NCBI GenBank assembly: GCA_963733035.1
Contig: CAVTBU010000009.1
Span: forward strand, 192,001-256,000
Reading direction: 5' to 3'
DNA from: Pirellulales bacterium
Lineage (GTDB): Bacteria > Planctomycetota > Planctomycetia > Pirellulales > PALSA-1355
DNA: 64,000 nt
The notes below the pieces were generated by a model that did not search any database, was not told the origin of the DNA, and was given only the letters and a program-made list of their open reading frames with translations. The position numbers and the translations under genes are program-made. Positions 38,776 to 49,880 of this stretch are shown here, piece after piece; the first letter of the stretch is position 1, and each line of letters starts with the position of its first letter.

Positions 38776-40350
38776 TTAACCATCGCAGACCCTGCTGATG
38801 ATACCCAGGTCGCGGGTGGCTGTCGAATTCTGGGGAACGCGAATGACAGAGGAGGACAACCAGCGGCGGTTACGCGCGGTGACCACGTCCTCGAATTTCA
38901 CGTTGCCATCGACATCGTAGAATCGCGCGGTCAGCGCGGGCTTGCCGTCGGGGCGATCGACGGTCATCGCCAAGAATCCTCCCTTGACGCGCAGGAAGCG
39001 ATGTTTTTCGGGGCGATAGTCGTCGGGATTCCAGCCCCCTGCATGCGAGTCGCTGCCTGGGCCCGACGAGTATTCTCGCACCTTGGTCTCGGGGTCGACC
39101 GACATGAACTGCCAATGCCGGTCGCCGCAAATCGTAAGCATCTGGTGCGCGGCAAGGAAGTCGCGAATCTCGCGGCCTTCGTACTGAAACCCGCTGTTCG
39201 CCAGATTGTCGTTCTTGCTTTCGCGATCGGGACCGACCAGAGGTGTCGGGCTGATCAGCACGCGAAACGTAGCATCGGAAGCTTTGACGGAATCCTTGAA
39301 CCAGCGTTTCTGTTCCGTGCCCCAAATCGTTTTCTCTGGGCTGTCAGGTTGCGGGTTGGGGCTGCGAAAGTCGCGCCCCTCGACGAGCCAGACCTGCAGA
39401 TCGCGCCCCCAGCGAAACGTCCGATACGTCTTTTGGCCCATGGGCACCTGTTCGTGAAAGATCTTCTGCCCCTGGCGAAACGTGAAGTCGCCCATGTACT
39501 GCGACGGCATCGTGGGCCAGCAATCGTTGCACCAGGTATCGTGGTCGTCTTTCATGAAATAGCTGGCCACGCCGCGATGAAACTCGACGTTGGTGGGCCA
39601 GCTATACGTTCGCTGCCAGTGCCAACGGGCCAGGTCCACGGACTTGGCCAGCTCGTCGTAGTAGATAATGTCGCCGGTATGCACGAAGAAATCGGGATCC
39701 AGCTTCGCGATGGCGCGGTACACCTTGAAGCCATCGGGCGAGTCCTGATCGTTGTTGCCAAAACAAGTTGCCGCCACGAAAGAGACGGGCCGCGCGTCGT
39801 CGGCCGATGGCGCCGTACGGAAGCAACCTGATTCCGCTGCGCCAGGCCGGCCGTCGATCCCGCGGGATTCGACGCGGACAAGATACCGCGTGGCGGGACT
39901 CAAACCGTTCACTACAAATTGCCGCGTAAAATCTCCAAGCGGTGCGACCGGCTTCCACGCGGTCGACTCCCAAGCCTCGTCGCCCTCGGCTTTCCAGAGC
40001 ACGCGCACATCTCCATCGACGCCCGGGGCTCCTTCGCGAAGGTCGCTGACCGTGCAGCCGTCGGGAAAGGTGATGCTTTTGAACGTCCGCTCGCGGCGGC
40101 CAACTTTTTCGTTCGGCACCTCGTATTCAACTTTTACTTGCGGACCGTCCGACGGATTGCGTCGCGGTCGCTTGGTGAGCCGCGCCCAAACGATCGCCGA
40201 TTGGTCGGTGACTTCGCCGATTTTAAACCCCGTGGCAAAGTAGGGACCGCCGGTCGCGAAGGCGGCCGTTGTGCAACTCGCCACGAGCACGGTGACGACC
40301 GCGAGACATAAAAGGTTCAAGCAAGCTGCACCGGGCACTCGGACCTGCAT
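38776..40350 (-). CDS. Alkaline phosphatase D (PhoD) family protein
   Basis: GEVTDQSAIVWAR, FVHTGDIIYYD, DDHD, EGRDFRS, GDRHW; both start and 3' end uncertain. Confidence 0.85.
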   Translation of the reverse strand: MQVRVPGAACLNLLCLAVVTVLVASCTTAAFATGGPYFATGFKIGEVTDQSAIVWARLTKRPRRNPSDGPQVKVEYEVPNEKVGRRERTFKSITFPDGCTVSDLREGAPGVDGDVRVLWKAEGDEAWESTAWKPVAPLGDFTRQFVVNGLSPATRYLVRVESRGIDGRPGAAESGCFRTAPSADDARPVSFVAATCFGNNDQDSPDGFKVYRAIAKLDPDFFVHTGDIIYYDELAKSVDLARWHWQRTYSWPTNVEFHRGVASYFMKDDHDTWCNDCWPTMPSQYMGDFTFRQGQKIFHEQVPMGQKTYRTFRWGRDLQVWLVEGRDFRSPNPQPDSPEKTIWGTEQKRWFKDSVKASDATFRVLISPTPLVGPDRESKNDNLANSGFQYEGREIRDFLAAHQMLTICGDRHWQFMSVDPETKVREYSSGPGSDSHAGGWNPDDYRPEKHRFLRVKGGFLAMTVDRPDGKPALTARFYDVDGNVKFEDVVTARNRRWLSSSVIRVPQNSTATRDLGIISRVCDG

Positions 40351-40410
40351 GACAAGGACTCTCTCAGGGGAACGGTTGAAATTAGTCTGGCGAGACATGC
40401 AATCCGTCGG

Positions 40411-40950
40411 CTACTCGGGCCATTTGGCCTTCGCGTCAACGTTAATGATGGCCGACGACGGCGGTACGGGAAAGCGCGGCCGCAGATACTCCAAGCCAGC
40501 CACCTTATGGCAGTTGTAGCAGCCTTGCAACAGGGCGCGGTAGGATTCACCGAAGGCGCGGAGATCCTTCTTCTCGATGGCTTCCCCGACTCGCATCGTG
40601 GGCGAACGGTCGATCGCCCGCTGAATCGTCTCCAGGTCGGCACGCCGCGTGCCGCTGGGATCGGCATCGGCGGATGTGTTCATGTGCATTTCGACCTTGT
40701 CCCAGTAGTAACCGGCCAAAGGCCAGTTCTCGGCCCGGCCGGCGAACCACAGATTTGAGGCGTGATAGTCGACCATGAACATCGCCAACTCGGCGTGCAG
40801 TTGCTCCACATTCGATGGGGCATGGGACGCAGGCGCGTCGGCGGCAACCGCCCGAGGGACGGTTCGCTCGGCGATTGCACTCCACAGCGCCCCACCGACG
40901 ATTAACCCGCCCACAAACACGGCACCGAGAATACGCTTCGAACGATTCAT
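40411..40950 (-). CDS. Exported c-type cytochrome (C-terminal CxxCH, cytochrome c'-like)
   Basis: Signal peptide, helical body, CYNCHK. Confidence 0.7.
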   Translation of the reverse strand: MNRSKRILGAVFVGGLIVGGALWSAIAERTVPRAVAADAPASHAPSNVEQLHAELAMFMVDYHASNLWFAGRAENWPLAGYYWDKVEMHMNTSADADPSGTRRADLETIQRAIDRSPTMRVGEAIEKKDLRAFGESYRALLQGCYNCHKVAGLEYLRPRFPVPPSSAIINVDAKAKWPE

Positions 40951-41169
40951 CACAAGACTCCTTAGAATGCACGAAATGGCATTGGTTAGTTGGTGTGCCC
41001 CTTCGATCTTGGACCAACTCGGCCGCAACCGCAAGGTTTTGTGGCCCAGACCTCAACAGCCCAGTTGTGCCCGGTTGGTTTCGCTTGACGCCCGCCGGTC
41101 GAGCACACAGACTCAGGTAAGCTGCAGAATCCCCCGCCACGCCGCTCCAACCGCAATGGGAAACCCACC

Positions 41170-42321
41170 ATGTCTGTCCGTTCGTCTTCCTCTGTAATTT
41201 ACGCTACGTTTCTGGCGGTTGCCGTGCTGTTCTGTCCGCGGTCGCCGGCAGCCGAGAAAGGTGCTGATTCGACCGCGTCCACTGAACGTGGAACCACCGT
41301 CTACGTCTCGAAGCTGGGAGACGATTCGGACGGTTCGTCGTGGGCCAAGGCGTTTCACTCGGTGCAACGAGCCTTGGCAGCGATTCCCAACAATCGCGGT
41401 GGCCACCGTGTCATCGTGCGCCCCGATACTTACCAGGAGGCAAATCTCTATCCAGCGCATCAGGGCGCGGAGGGCGCCTACAACGAATTAGTTGGCGACG
41501 TCGACGGCCGGCTCGGATCGGGCGCTACCGGTTGGGTGATTATCGACTCGGGAGATGCAACGCGCGGTTTCCAGAGTTACGACTGGCACAGCACGATTCG
41601 GGCCTACAAAAAAGGTTGGTCCAAAGAGCACAAGGCTGAAAGTTTTTCGGCCGTCGTGTGGGATCGTTGGTCGCTACGGCATTTGTACTGCACCGGCTCG
41701 GACGGCGGCTGGTTTTTCGACCTGGTCGACCAGGTCGTGCCGTTCTCCGTTGTCGTGGAGGACTGCGTCGGCATCGGCCGGGCGTTTGGCGGTGGCGTCG
41801 CCAATTGTCTGTCGTGCCCAAACGAGCCAGTCGTGTTCCGACGCTGCACGCTATGGTCGCTCGATTTCTGGGGCGACACTTCCGGGGCGTACGTTCGTTT
41901 CGAAAACAAGCAAATGCCGAAGAAGCACGACATCCTATTCGAAGACTGTACGCTGGTGGGTCCACAGTGCGCATTCAAGAGCAGCAATTTCGGCTTCCAT
42001 ACCTACACGCACGCCAGGCTCAGCGGTTGCCGGCTGGTGGCATTGAATTTCTCGCAGCCACACGGCACACCCACTGATGGCGTGATCCAGAGCGTACAGA
42101 ACGGCGAACTCCTGAGCATCGACTTGGAAAACTGCACGATCATGGGATACAAGGTTTTCGGCGTGATCGTGGACAAGGATTCGGTCGACAAGATCGCCTA
42201 CACCTGCCGCGGCGAGGTGAAGGCTTACGTGCAGTTCCAACAGCAGGTGCCCGAGGGAATGCAACGCTTGACGGCCTGGCCGGTCGAAGTGTTTCAACAG
42301 ATCGCGCCGCGGTCGAAGTAG
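41170..42321 (+). CDS. Secreted pectin-lyase-fold (beta-helix) hypothetical protein
   Basis: Signal peptide; YVSKLGDDSDGSSWAKAFHSVQRAL, VRPDTY, repeated FxxCTL. Confidence 0.65.
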   Translation: MSVRSSSSVIYATFLAVAVLFCPRSPAAEKGADSTASTERGTTVYVSKLGDDSDGSSWAKAFHSVQRALAAIPNNRGGHRVIVRPDTYQEANLYPAHQGAEGAYNELVGDVDGRLGSGATGWVIIDSGDATRGFQSYDWHSTIRAYKKGWSKEHKAESFSAVVWDRWSLRHLYCTGSDGGWFFDLVDQVVPFSVVVEDCVGIGRAFGGGVANCLSCPNEPVVFRRCTLWSLDFWGDTSGAYVRFENKQMPKKHDILFEDCTLVGPQCAFKSSNFGFHTYTHARLSGCRLVALNFSQPHGTPTDGVIQSVQNGELLSIDLENCTIMGYKVFGVIVDKDSVDKIAYTCRGEVKAYVQFQQQVPEGMQRLTAWPVEVFQQIAPRSK

Positions 42322-42374
42322 GCGACGCGATTACTACCGCTTTGCATGGGTCTCCAAAAGTTGAGGAAGGTTTG

Positions 42375-43340
42375 ATGATGGTACGCCGGATTGATTGGCG
42401 GAGTTGCCTGGCGATCAGCTGCATTTTGCTCGGCATGTCCGTGGTGGCCAAGGCCGCCGAGCCGGACCGGCCGGAGCTTGTGAAGCTGCCGTTTGCCATT
42501 CCCCACGCCATGGAGAATACGCCGGTGGTGTACCGCGGGCGGCCAATCTTGCTGCTCAACCATCGCGACGACACAAAGCACAACACCGATGGCTACGTCG
42601 ACAGCATGTACCTGTACGCCGTCGACTTACAAACCGGGGAGAGGCTGGCGGAGTTTGGCCAGGGGCACTCGTTCATTTCTGGCTTCGTCGATGGCGAGCG
42701 ATTACATGTTTTTGCCAGCAAAGGCTCGAACTTCGATTGGTTCGGCAGCCTGTATCACTTCTGGACGGATGACTTGAAGAAATGGCAAAGCGAACTGGCC
42801 ATCGAGAGGCCCGCGGGGGCTCACCTGTTCAACTGTTCGGTCTGCCGCGAGCCGGAAGGCGGCTACCTGATGGCCTACGAGTCGAACCAGCCCGTGGCGT
42901 TTTGCTTTCGCTTTGCCCGCTCGCGCGACCTGCACAAGTGGGAGCCTGTGGCCGATTCCCTCTTCACGGGCCAGGGCAACGAGTACAGCGCCTGCCCTGT
43001 GATTCGATACTTCGATCCCTACTATTACGTGATCTACCTGCACGCCCCGCGCGACGGCCACAATGGTTGGATTTCGTACATTGCCCGATCGCGCGACCTG
43101 AAGACCTGGCAACTCAGCCCGATGAACCCGGTGCTCGAAGCCGCGCCCGGCGAGGGTAAGAACAACTCCGACGTCGACCTGTTCGAATACGACGGCCGCA
43201 CTTACCTGGTCTACGCCACCGGCGACCAGGCCACCTGGAGTGCGGCCCGCATGGCAATGTACAACGGTCCGCTCCAGGACTTCTTCACGGGCTGGTTTCC
43301 CGCAGGCACAAAGTTCGAAGAAGTGCGAACCTCGAACTGA
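42375..43340 (+). CDS. Secreted beta-propeller glycoside-hydrolase-like protein
   Basis: Signal peptide; ARSRDLxxW twice, NPVL, NNSDVD. Confidence 0.6.
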   Translation: MMVRRIDWRSCLAISCILLGMSVVAKAAEPDRPELVKLPFAIPHAMENTPVVYRGRPILLLNHRDDTKHNTDGYVDSMYLYAVDLQTGERLAEFGQGHSFISGFVDGERLHVFASKGSNFDWFGSLYHFWTDDLKKWQSELAIERPAGAHLFNCSVCREPEGGYLMAYESNQPVAFCFRFARSRDLHKWEPVADSLFTGQGNEYSACPVIRYFDPYYYVIYLHAPRDGHNGWISYIARSRDLKTWQLSPMNPVLEAAPGEGKNNSDVDLFEYDGRTYLVYATGDQATWSAARMAMYNGPLQDFFTGWFPAGTKFEEVRTSN

Positions 43341-43414
43341 CCGAATCGCATGGCACGTTTTGCCGGCAGAAGCTACAATTCGAAGGTTCACCGGAACCCC
43401 GTTCCGGACCACTT

Positions 43415-43496
43415 GGCCGCTTGGTGAAATTGGCAGACACGCAAGACTTAGGATCTTGTGCCGAAAGGCGTCGGGGTTCGAGTCCCCGAGCGGCCA
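43415..43496 (+). tRNA. tRNA-Leu (anticodon TAG)
   Basis: Acceptor stem GGCCGCT/AGCGGCC+A, D-loop TGGCAGA, anticodon arm CAAGA-CT-TAG-GA-TCTTG, long variable arm, GGTTCGAGTCC; CCA not encoded. Confidence 0.95.
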
Positions 43497-43771
43497 CTCT
43501 TGTCAGCACAGAGGCAACTGGCAAGACTTGCCGGAGTATGGTTCGCCCCCTGGGACAAACGGCCACGACGCCTAGATACCATCCGAATCCGTCGGATGAG
43601 ATGGCCTCGAGGTCTTCGATGACGGCGCGGCGGCAATTGCCGGTGGCACATGGCTTACCGAAAAGCGTGCCCAAGCGTCCCAAGCCGGATGAAAGGTAAC
43701 CACCGCCAGGCGATAATAGGGTTGGCGTGCCCTGCGCGTCGTTGCAATTGCATCCGGGTGACTCGCCTGCT

Positions 43772-44389
43772 ATGACGCCGATCAAAACAACGCCGCCGGC
43801 ACGCTACTGGGCAACGTTCCTCGTCGCCAACTCGCTGAGTCTGGGACGCTTGTTGGCGGGCCTGGCATTTCCCTGGTTCAGCGTGGCGTGGCGGCCGCCG
43901 ATCGTGCTGGCGGCGGCGGCCAGCGACATGGTAGACGGGGCTGTCAGCCGGCGTTTCGGGGGCACGAGTGCCATCGGACAGTTGCTGGATCCGATCGCCG
44001 ACAAAACCTTTCTCTTGATGGTCATCGGCACGTTCTGGATGGAGGGCTCGCTCGCGCTGTGGCAGATCGCCTTGTTGGGGCTACGTGAATGGGTCGTGCT
44101 GTCGATCGCCCTGCTCTTGATACTCATGGGCAAATGGCAGGGCGTGCTGCGAATGGCTCCCCGCTGGTCAGGCAAAGTCGCGACCGCGGCACAGTTTGCT
44201 TATCTGGCTGGACTATTGTTCCTGCAACAGCAACTCAACTTCTTATTTCAGCTCGCGGTTGCCATGAGCGGTCTGGCCGCTGCCGACTATTTGATCAGGG
44301 CCCGTGCGCTGTTTCGGGCGGTTCACGCGAACGCTAAGTCCGTGGACAACTCATGCGACCCCCAGTCCGAACACGCCAGCATCCGCTGA
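43772..44389 (+). CDS. CDP-alcohol phosphatidyltransferase family protein
   Basis: ANSLSLGR, SDMVDGAVSR…GQLLDPIADK. Confidence 0.9.
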   Translation: MTPIKTTPPARYWATFLVANSLSLGRLLAGLAFPWFSVAWRPPIVLAAAASDMVDGAVSRRFGGTSAIGQLLDPIADKTFLLMVIGTFWMEGSLALWQIALLGLREWVVLSIALLLILMGKWQGVLRMAPRWSGKVATAAQFAYLAGLLFLQQQLNFLFQLAVAMSGLAAADYLIRARALFRAVHANAKSVDNSCDPQSEHASIR

Positions 44390-44446
44390 TCAAACGGTCG
44401 CGCGACCTCGGCCACCGGCCTGCCTAGCGCGTTCTATGGCTTAACG

Positions 44447-45014
44447 CTAAACAGCGTGATGAGGTGCGCCGACAAGGTGTACGGAGCTGGCCTGTGGGCC
44501 CTTTTCGCCCAACTCCTCGGTGAAGGCTACCTCGCAGCCGATCGACAGGGCTGCGAACTTTCCGTCGAGCACTCCGTTGGCATGAAAATAGATCTCTCGC
44601 CCGTCGGGCGCATGGATGAAACCGTACTGCGATTCTGAAAACAGCTTCACGACTCGTCCGCGCCGGCCCGGCGTGCTGCTTTACTTGACCGCGCTGGCGT
44701 CGGGTGTAGTCCTGAAGCTTCCGGGCGGCAGCATCGAAAGCGTCGCGGATGGCCACGTTCACATTCTCATAGAAGGGATCGTGTTGAGGCGGCTCGTGCG
44801 TCACGGCAATTTCCTCGCCAGGCACCGTGATGTCGAGCCGAACCTGATAGACGTTTCCCGTCTGGTGATGACGATGCGGCACGTCAATAACGACGCGACA
44901 ACTTGTAATGTGATCGCAGAATTGGTCGAGTTGCATTGCTTCTGCGAGAATTCGGTTTTCAATCGACTCGGACCGCTCGAGGTTGTGGAAGCGGATTTGA
45001 ATTGGAAGTTTCAT
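44447..45014 (-). CDS. HPF/RaiA ribosome-associated protein fused to a cold-shock domain, apparent frameshift near 44660
   Basis: IQIRFHNL…CRVVI…AIRDAFDAAARKL, then in another frame YGFI…EIYFHAN…GEKGPQAS. Confidence 0.82.
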
Positions 45015-45150
45015 GATTGGTTGCCTACAAGAAAAAGGGCACGAATTGCGACTCCAGGGCACGAATTTCAAACACGCCCGCGGGGGCGACCGTCATGATC
45101 TGCCCTCCCTTCCAAACGATCGCCTCGGGTGCTTGGCCGCCGCGCGACTT

Positions 45151-45792
45151 TCACGCGGCTTGCGGCGCAAACGTCCTGAGGATCTTCAACAACTGTTCAT
45201 CCTCGACAGTCGGAAACTCTTCGTAAAATTGGCCGACAGAACAAAAGTGGTGCGAAGGCAACAAGCAGACAACTTGATCACAGTGCATTTCCAGGTCGTG
45301 AAGCCGGTCTTCCGGCGCCACTGGCACGGCGGCAATCAATTCGAGAGGGTTTTGCGCCCGGACGGTTTGTAATGCGGCAATCATCGTCGAGCCCGTCGAG
45401 ATCCCGTCGTCCGTGACGATGACCGAGCGATTCTGGATCGAAGCCTTGGGCCGCACAGAACGGATGGATTGCTTGTGACTTGTCATGGCACGAAGTTGGT
45501 ACTGCGTCTCGCCATGGAAGTACTCGTCGGTGACACCGGACGCTTCCGCGGTATTTTCGTCCACATAGACCGCGCCGTCCTCGGAAATCGCCCCGAACGC
45601 CAAGTCCGGCTGGTCGGGCGAACGCAGTTTGCGAGTTAACACGACGTCCAATTCGGCGCGAATCTCGCCGGCAAGCGCCGCGCCGGTTACGATGCCCCCG
45701 CGAGGAATTGCCAACACTAAGGGTTTCGTTAGCACAAGTCCTCGCAACATGGCCGCCAATTGGCGGGCGGCTCCTTCCCGATCGTGAAACAT
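45151..45792 (-). CDS. Phosphoribosyltransferase family protein
   Basis: FHDREGAARQLA, LAIPRGG, VTDDGISTGST, VGQFYEEF. Confidence 0.88.
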   Translation of the reverse strand: MFHDREGAARQLAAMLRGLVLTKPLVLAIPRGGIVTGAALAGEIRAELDVVLTRKLRSPDQPDLAFGAISEDGAVYVDENTAEASGVTDEYFHGETQYQLRAMTSHKQSIRSVRPKASIQNRSVIVTDDGISTGSTMIAALQTVRAQNPLELIAAVPVAPEDRLHDLEMHCDQVVCLLPSHHFCSVGQFYEEFPTVEDEQLLKILRTFAPQAA

Positions 45793-46120
45793 AGATGACC
45801 CCCTGCGGCGGTGATTTCCACGATCGCAGATAGGAAGCACGCCCCATGCCAATTACTTCTGTTGTTTGCCTCTGGAATGAGAATTGGCCCTGGTGGTCGG
45901 TAGAAAGGCGTTCGAAGTCTACCACGGCGCGCTGCGCAGCATCAGAACTGCTGGCGCGACCGTGCGAATGAGCGCGCAAAACCGCAATTGCTGACGACAA
46001 ATCGGAAGTGTCGAATGCGCAATGTAGCGCGTGCTAATGCATGGCGCCGGCGGTTTCACACATCACCAAGCGGTCAGCCAAGGCCCCGCCTCGATGGCTG
46101 CCGCTGCTGGCCACGGCAGG

Positions 46121-46420
46121 CTACTTTGCACTTGCCGGCGCTCGTCGGCGCGGCTTCGCACGGCTCTTATCGCTCCGCTCAACTTCGGCGGCATCCATTA
46201 GTGCCGTCAAAGTCGATCCCGGCCGGGTGCCGTCCAGCAACCGGTGTGGAACATAGCACTTCTCGATCCACTCGCGCTCCGCCTGCAACCAGAACTCCAG
46301 TCCTCCGCTTTCGGGGCAACCAGCGTCAAGCCAGCGTAAGTAGGCCGACTTCTGAACCGCGTCCCTGCAGCAGGCGAGCTCCTCCGCAGTCATTTCGAGG
46401 GTTTCCAACGTGACGGTCAT
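46121..46420 (-). CDS. DUF2934-like protein
   Basis: AYLRWLDAGCP…FWLQAERE; GGAGAG RBS. Confidence 0.7.
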   Translation of the reverse strand: MTVTLETLEMTAEELACCRDAVQKSAYLRWLDAGCPESGGLEFWLQAEREWIEKCYVPHRLLDGTRPGSTLTALMDAAEVERSDKSRAKPRRRAPASAK

Positions 46421-46795
46421 CGTCGTAGACTCTCCAAATCGAACATGAAACATTCCACCTCTCCGCCCTTAGTCACTGCAGTTGCCGTGCCAACTGGCTC
46501 CGGCTCGAGGTCCCATCGAAGCCCGCATGATCGCGGCCACACGAAATCCACGTCGCAGTCCTACCGGCAGGCGTCGTGTGCCATATCGCTCGGACGTAGG
46601 TCGGTCGCGCGCAAGCTTGACCCACACGTCGGCCGCGATAAGTAGTCGCCGACGCCGGCCATAAAAATAATACGTCATACCAGCACGCGCTGCGGGGCTG
46701 TCGCGGACCCCATCTGACCGGCAGGAAGCACGGTCAATGGCGACCGTTCCGCCTCCACGCGGCAGGAAAAAAATGGCTTTTCGGACGGGACCATC

Positions 46796-47395
46796 CTAGG
46801 AAGCACACTTCCCGACCAGAAACACCGTCAGCGACCGCGGACCATGCGCGCCAATCACGAGCGATTGCTCGATATCTGCCGTTTTCGATGGCCCGGAGAT
46901 GAAGACTCCCAGACTGGAGCTCCCCACGTCGACGCGGGAGTAAGCTTCATGCATGTTGTGCACGATCTGATCGGCGGGCAGCACCAACGCCAGGTGTTGG
47001 GTGAGGAAATAGATAACGCGATGTTTCAAGGACTCGTCAGTGACCCAGACCGCGCCGTTCTCGGCCACGCCAAGCTGCGCCGGTAAGATCGCAAAGTCAA
47101 CGGACGCGAGCTGGTGTGGATCGTTGACGTCCGCCAACTCGACGGTGGATTTCACGTCCGGCAACTCAGAAACGATTTGCTTTGCAGCGGCGAACTCGGG
47201 TAATTGTGCCAGCGCAGTCGGCAGTTCGCTGTCGTTATTCAGTCGCACGACGCGGCCACCGACGGACTCGACGAGCGACCGAAACTGCGTGAGCGGGTCT
47301 TCGTAGCGCAGCCAGTCGCGCTCGAGATTGGGCAGGTCGGCGTGCGGCACCACTGGCCCCCGAATCGCTCGCAGAATGCGTTCTCGACTAGCCAT
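46796..47395 (-). CDS. lutC: Lactate utilization protein C (LUD domain)
   Basis: GVAENGAVW, ISGPSKTADIEQSLVIGAHGP. Confidence 0.9.
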   Translation of the reverse strand: MASRERILRAIRGPVVPHADLPNLERDWLRYEDPLTQFRSLVESVGGRVVRLNNDSELPTALAQLPEFAAAKQIVSELPDVKSTVELADVNDPHQLASVDFAILPAQLGVAENGAVWVTDESLKHRVIYFLTQHLALVLPADQIVHNMHEAYSRVDVGSSSLGVFISGPSKTADIEQSLVIGAHGPRSLTVFLVGKCAS

Positions 47396-48751
47396 CCCGC
47401 CCTCGCTTGAACTGTTCGCGAAAACTCTCCGCCGGAAACTCGGGAAGCTCGCGTTGGCGTCCCCAAGGATTGAACCGGTTGTACAACACGACGCGAGGTA
47501 AATGTGGTCCCACACGCCGTACGAACTTGCCAAGCACGCCATACAGCTTCGGATGGCGAAACAAAAAGCTGCCGGCCCGCATCGCCAGGCGTTTCGGCCA
47601 GGCGATCAGACCCTTGTTTCCCAATTCCCGCCGCCAGGTGAGCAACTGATGGTGTAAATCAATCTTCACCGGGCAAACATCCGTGCAGGAACCGCACAAG
47701 CTGCAGGCCTGCGGCAGGCTGTAAAACTTGTCGGGTTGTCGGGCCGGAGCGAGGATCGATCCGATCGGCCCTGGCACCGAAGTCTGATAGCTATGACCGC
47801 CGCTCCGCCGAAAGACAGGGCAAGTGTTCATACAGGCTCCGCAACGAATGCAATTGAGCGAGCGGCGGAATTCGTCATTGGCCAGAATCTCGCTGCGACC
47901 GTTGTCGACCAACACGATGTGCAATTCGCCGCCGGGCCGCGGACCGTGAAAATGCGACGTGTAGGCCGTGATGGGCTGACCCGTGGCCGAGCGGGCCAAG
48001 AGCCGCAGAAACACGCCCAGGTCCGCCACGCGCGGAATGAGCTTCTCGATGCCCAGCGATGCGATGTGGTACTTCGGCAACGAGACGCCCAGGTCGGCGT
48101 TGCCTTCGTTCGTGCAAACGACCAGCCCGCCTGTTTCGGCGATGGCGAAATTCACTCCGGTCAATCCGGCATCGGCCTCGAGAAACTTCTGCCGAAGATG
48201 GGCCCGGGCAGCCTCGGCCAGGTAATTCGGATCGGTCGCGCCGGCCTCGGTTCCCAGATGTTCGTGGAAGATGCGTCCGACGTCTTCCTTCTTCTTGTGG
48301 ATGGCCGGCAGCACGATGTGGCTGGGCGGCTCTCCGGCCAGCTGCACGATCCGCTCGCCAAGGTCCGTGTCGACCACTTCGATGCCGTTTCGCTCCAGGT
48401 ATGGGTTGAGGTGGCACTCTTCGGTCAACATCGACTTGCTTTTGACGAGCCTGCGAACGCCTCGGTTTCGTAGAATTCCCAGCACAATTTTATTGTGCTC
48501 GGCCGCGTCAGCCGCCCAGTGCACAACGGCGCCGCGGCGGGTAGCCTCGCGTTCGAATTGTTCCAAATAGTCCGCCAGGCGAGAAAGCATGTGCGCTTTG
48601 ATTTGGGCGGCACACTGGCGAAGCTCTTCCCATTCGGGAAGCGACTGCGCGGCTTTGTCGCGCTTGCGCGGACGAACCACAGTGTTTCATCATGCCACGT
48701 CGCGCGAGACCGGTCGCGTATGAATTCGGTGGCCAGCGGTGCGTGGTTCAT
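47388..48751 (-). CDS. lutB: Lactate utilization protein B (Fe-S), apparent frameshift near 48670
   Basis: MNHAPLATEF…HDETLWFVR, then in another frame KRDKAA…KSKSMLTEE, CIRCGACMNTCP, CSLCGSCTDVCP. Confidence 0.88.
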
Positions 48752-49494
48752 AAGGGATATCCCGCCAGGATTTCGGCAATATGCATGACGCGGAGCGGCT
48801 TTCGCTGCCGACGGATCAAGCCGTCCAGATGCATCAGACACGACATGTCGCCGGCCGTGAGCACCTCGGCGCCGGCCGTTTCATGATCGTGAATTCGATC
48901 GTCGCCCATCATGCACGAAACCGCCTCTTCCGCCACGGCAAACGTACCGCCAAAACCGCAGCATTCGTCGGGCCGGGCCAACTGCACGAGTTCAAGCCCA
49001 TCGAGTAGTGAAAGCAATTGTTGACTCTTGCTATATTCGGCGACCACCCGCTCGCTGGAACTTCCCAGTCGCAGCTCGCGCAGGCCGTGGCAGCTTTGAT
49101 GGAGCCCAACGCGATGAGGAAAGCGTCGGTCAATTCGTTCAACCTTCGCAACGTCGACCAGGAACTCGGTCAGCTCATACGTCTTGGCTTTGAGTTCGAC
49201 GAAGCCCGGCTGACCGGCCAGATACTCGTCGTAGTGGCAGCGCACCATGGCAACGCAACTGCCCGAGGGAGCCACCACGTATTCATATTCGCGAAAAATT
49301 TCCAGAAACCGCTGGGCCAGAGGACGGGCCTGTTCGGTGCAACCCGTGTTGGCCATCGGCTGGCCGCAGCAGGTTTGCGCATTGGGAAATTCGACCCGGT
49401 AACCGAATTCCTCAAGCAACGCGACCGTCGCCAGGCCGACGCGAGGGTAGAACTGGTCGACATAGCAAGGAATAAACAAACCGACCGTCGACAT
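48748..49494 (-). CDS. lutA: Lactate utilization protein A (CCG domains)
   Basis: LFIPCYVDQ, QTCCGQP, PSGSC, HQSCHGLR, CCGFGGTF, DMSCLMH. Confidence 0.9.
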   Translation of the reverse strand: MSTVGLFIPCYVDQFYPRVGLATVALLEEFGYRVEFPNAQTCCGQPMANTGCTEQARPLAQRFLEIFREYEYVVAPSGSCVAMVRCHYDEYLAGQPGFVELKAKTYELTEFLVDVAKVERIDRRFPHRVGLHQSCHGLRELRLGSSSERVVAEYSKSQQLLSLLDGLELVQLARPDECCGFGGTFAVAEEAVSCMMGDDRIHDHETAGAEVLTAGDMSCLMHLDGLIRRQRKPLRVMHIAEILAGYPL

Positions 49495-49880
49495 ACAGCA
49501 GGGATCCGGGGGCAAGCGGGCACGAAACCTTGAGTATAGACACTCCCCGCTTCGCTTGCAGGCCAGGGAGCTAAGCACCCCGAGATGGCGACTGTCCAAC
49601 CATCCCGAGGGGCGATGCCCCCAGGACCCACAGGAATTGAACCGCCGGCTAACAAAGTACTAATTCTTGCGGGCTAGCATGCGTGCATCACCCGTCCTGG
49701 ATCGGCGGTCTACTCGATGTGCCACGCAGTTGCTCGGCCGCCGATCCACACATCGCTGCCCGCGCGGGCTACCTGCCCGTTGGCCCGCGCGGGCTTCTTT
49801 CTTTCCCTCCCGCAAAACTTGCGGAACGCTGGATCGACTATATCCACGAGCGATGCCGGAGAAGGGGTCCTTTTAGTTGG

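Noticed and set aside
43415..43496. tRNA-Leu as an island integration site
   Set aside because: No integrase nearby and no duplicated tRNA 3' end seen in the window.
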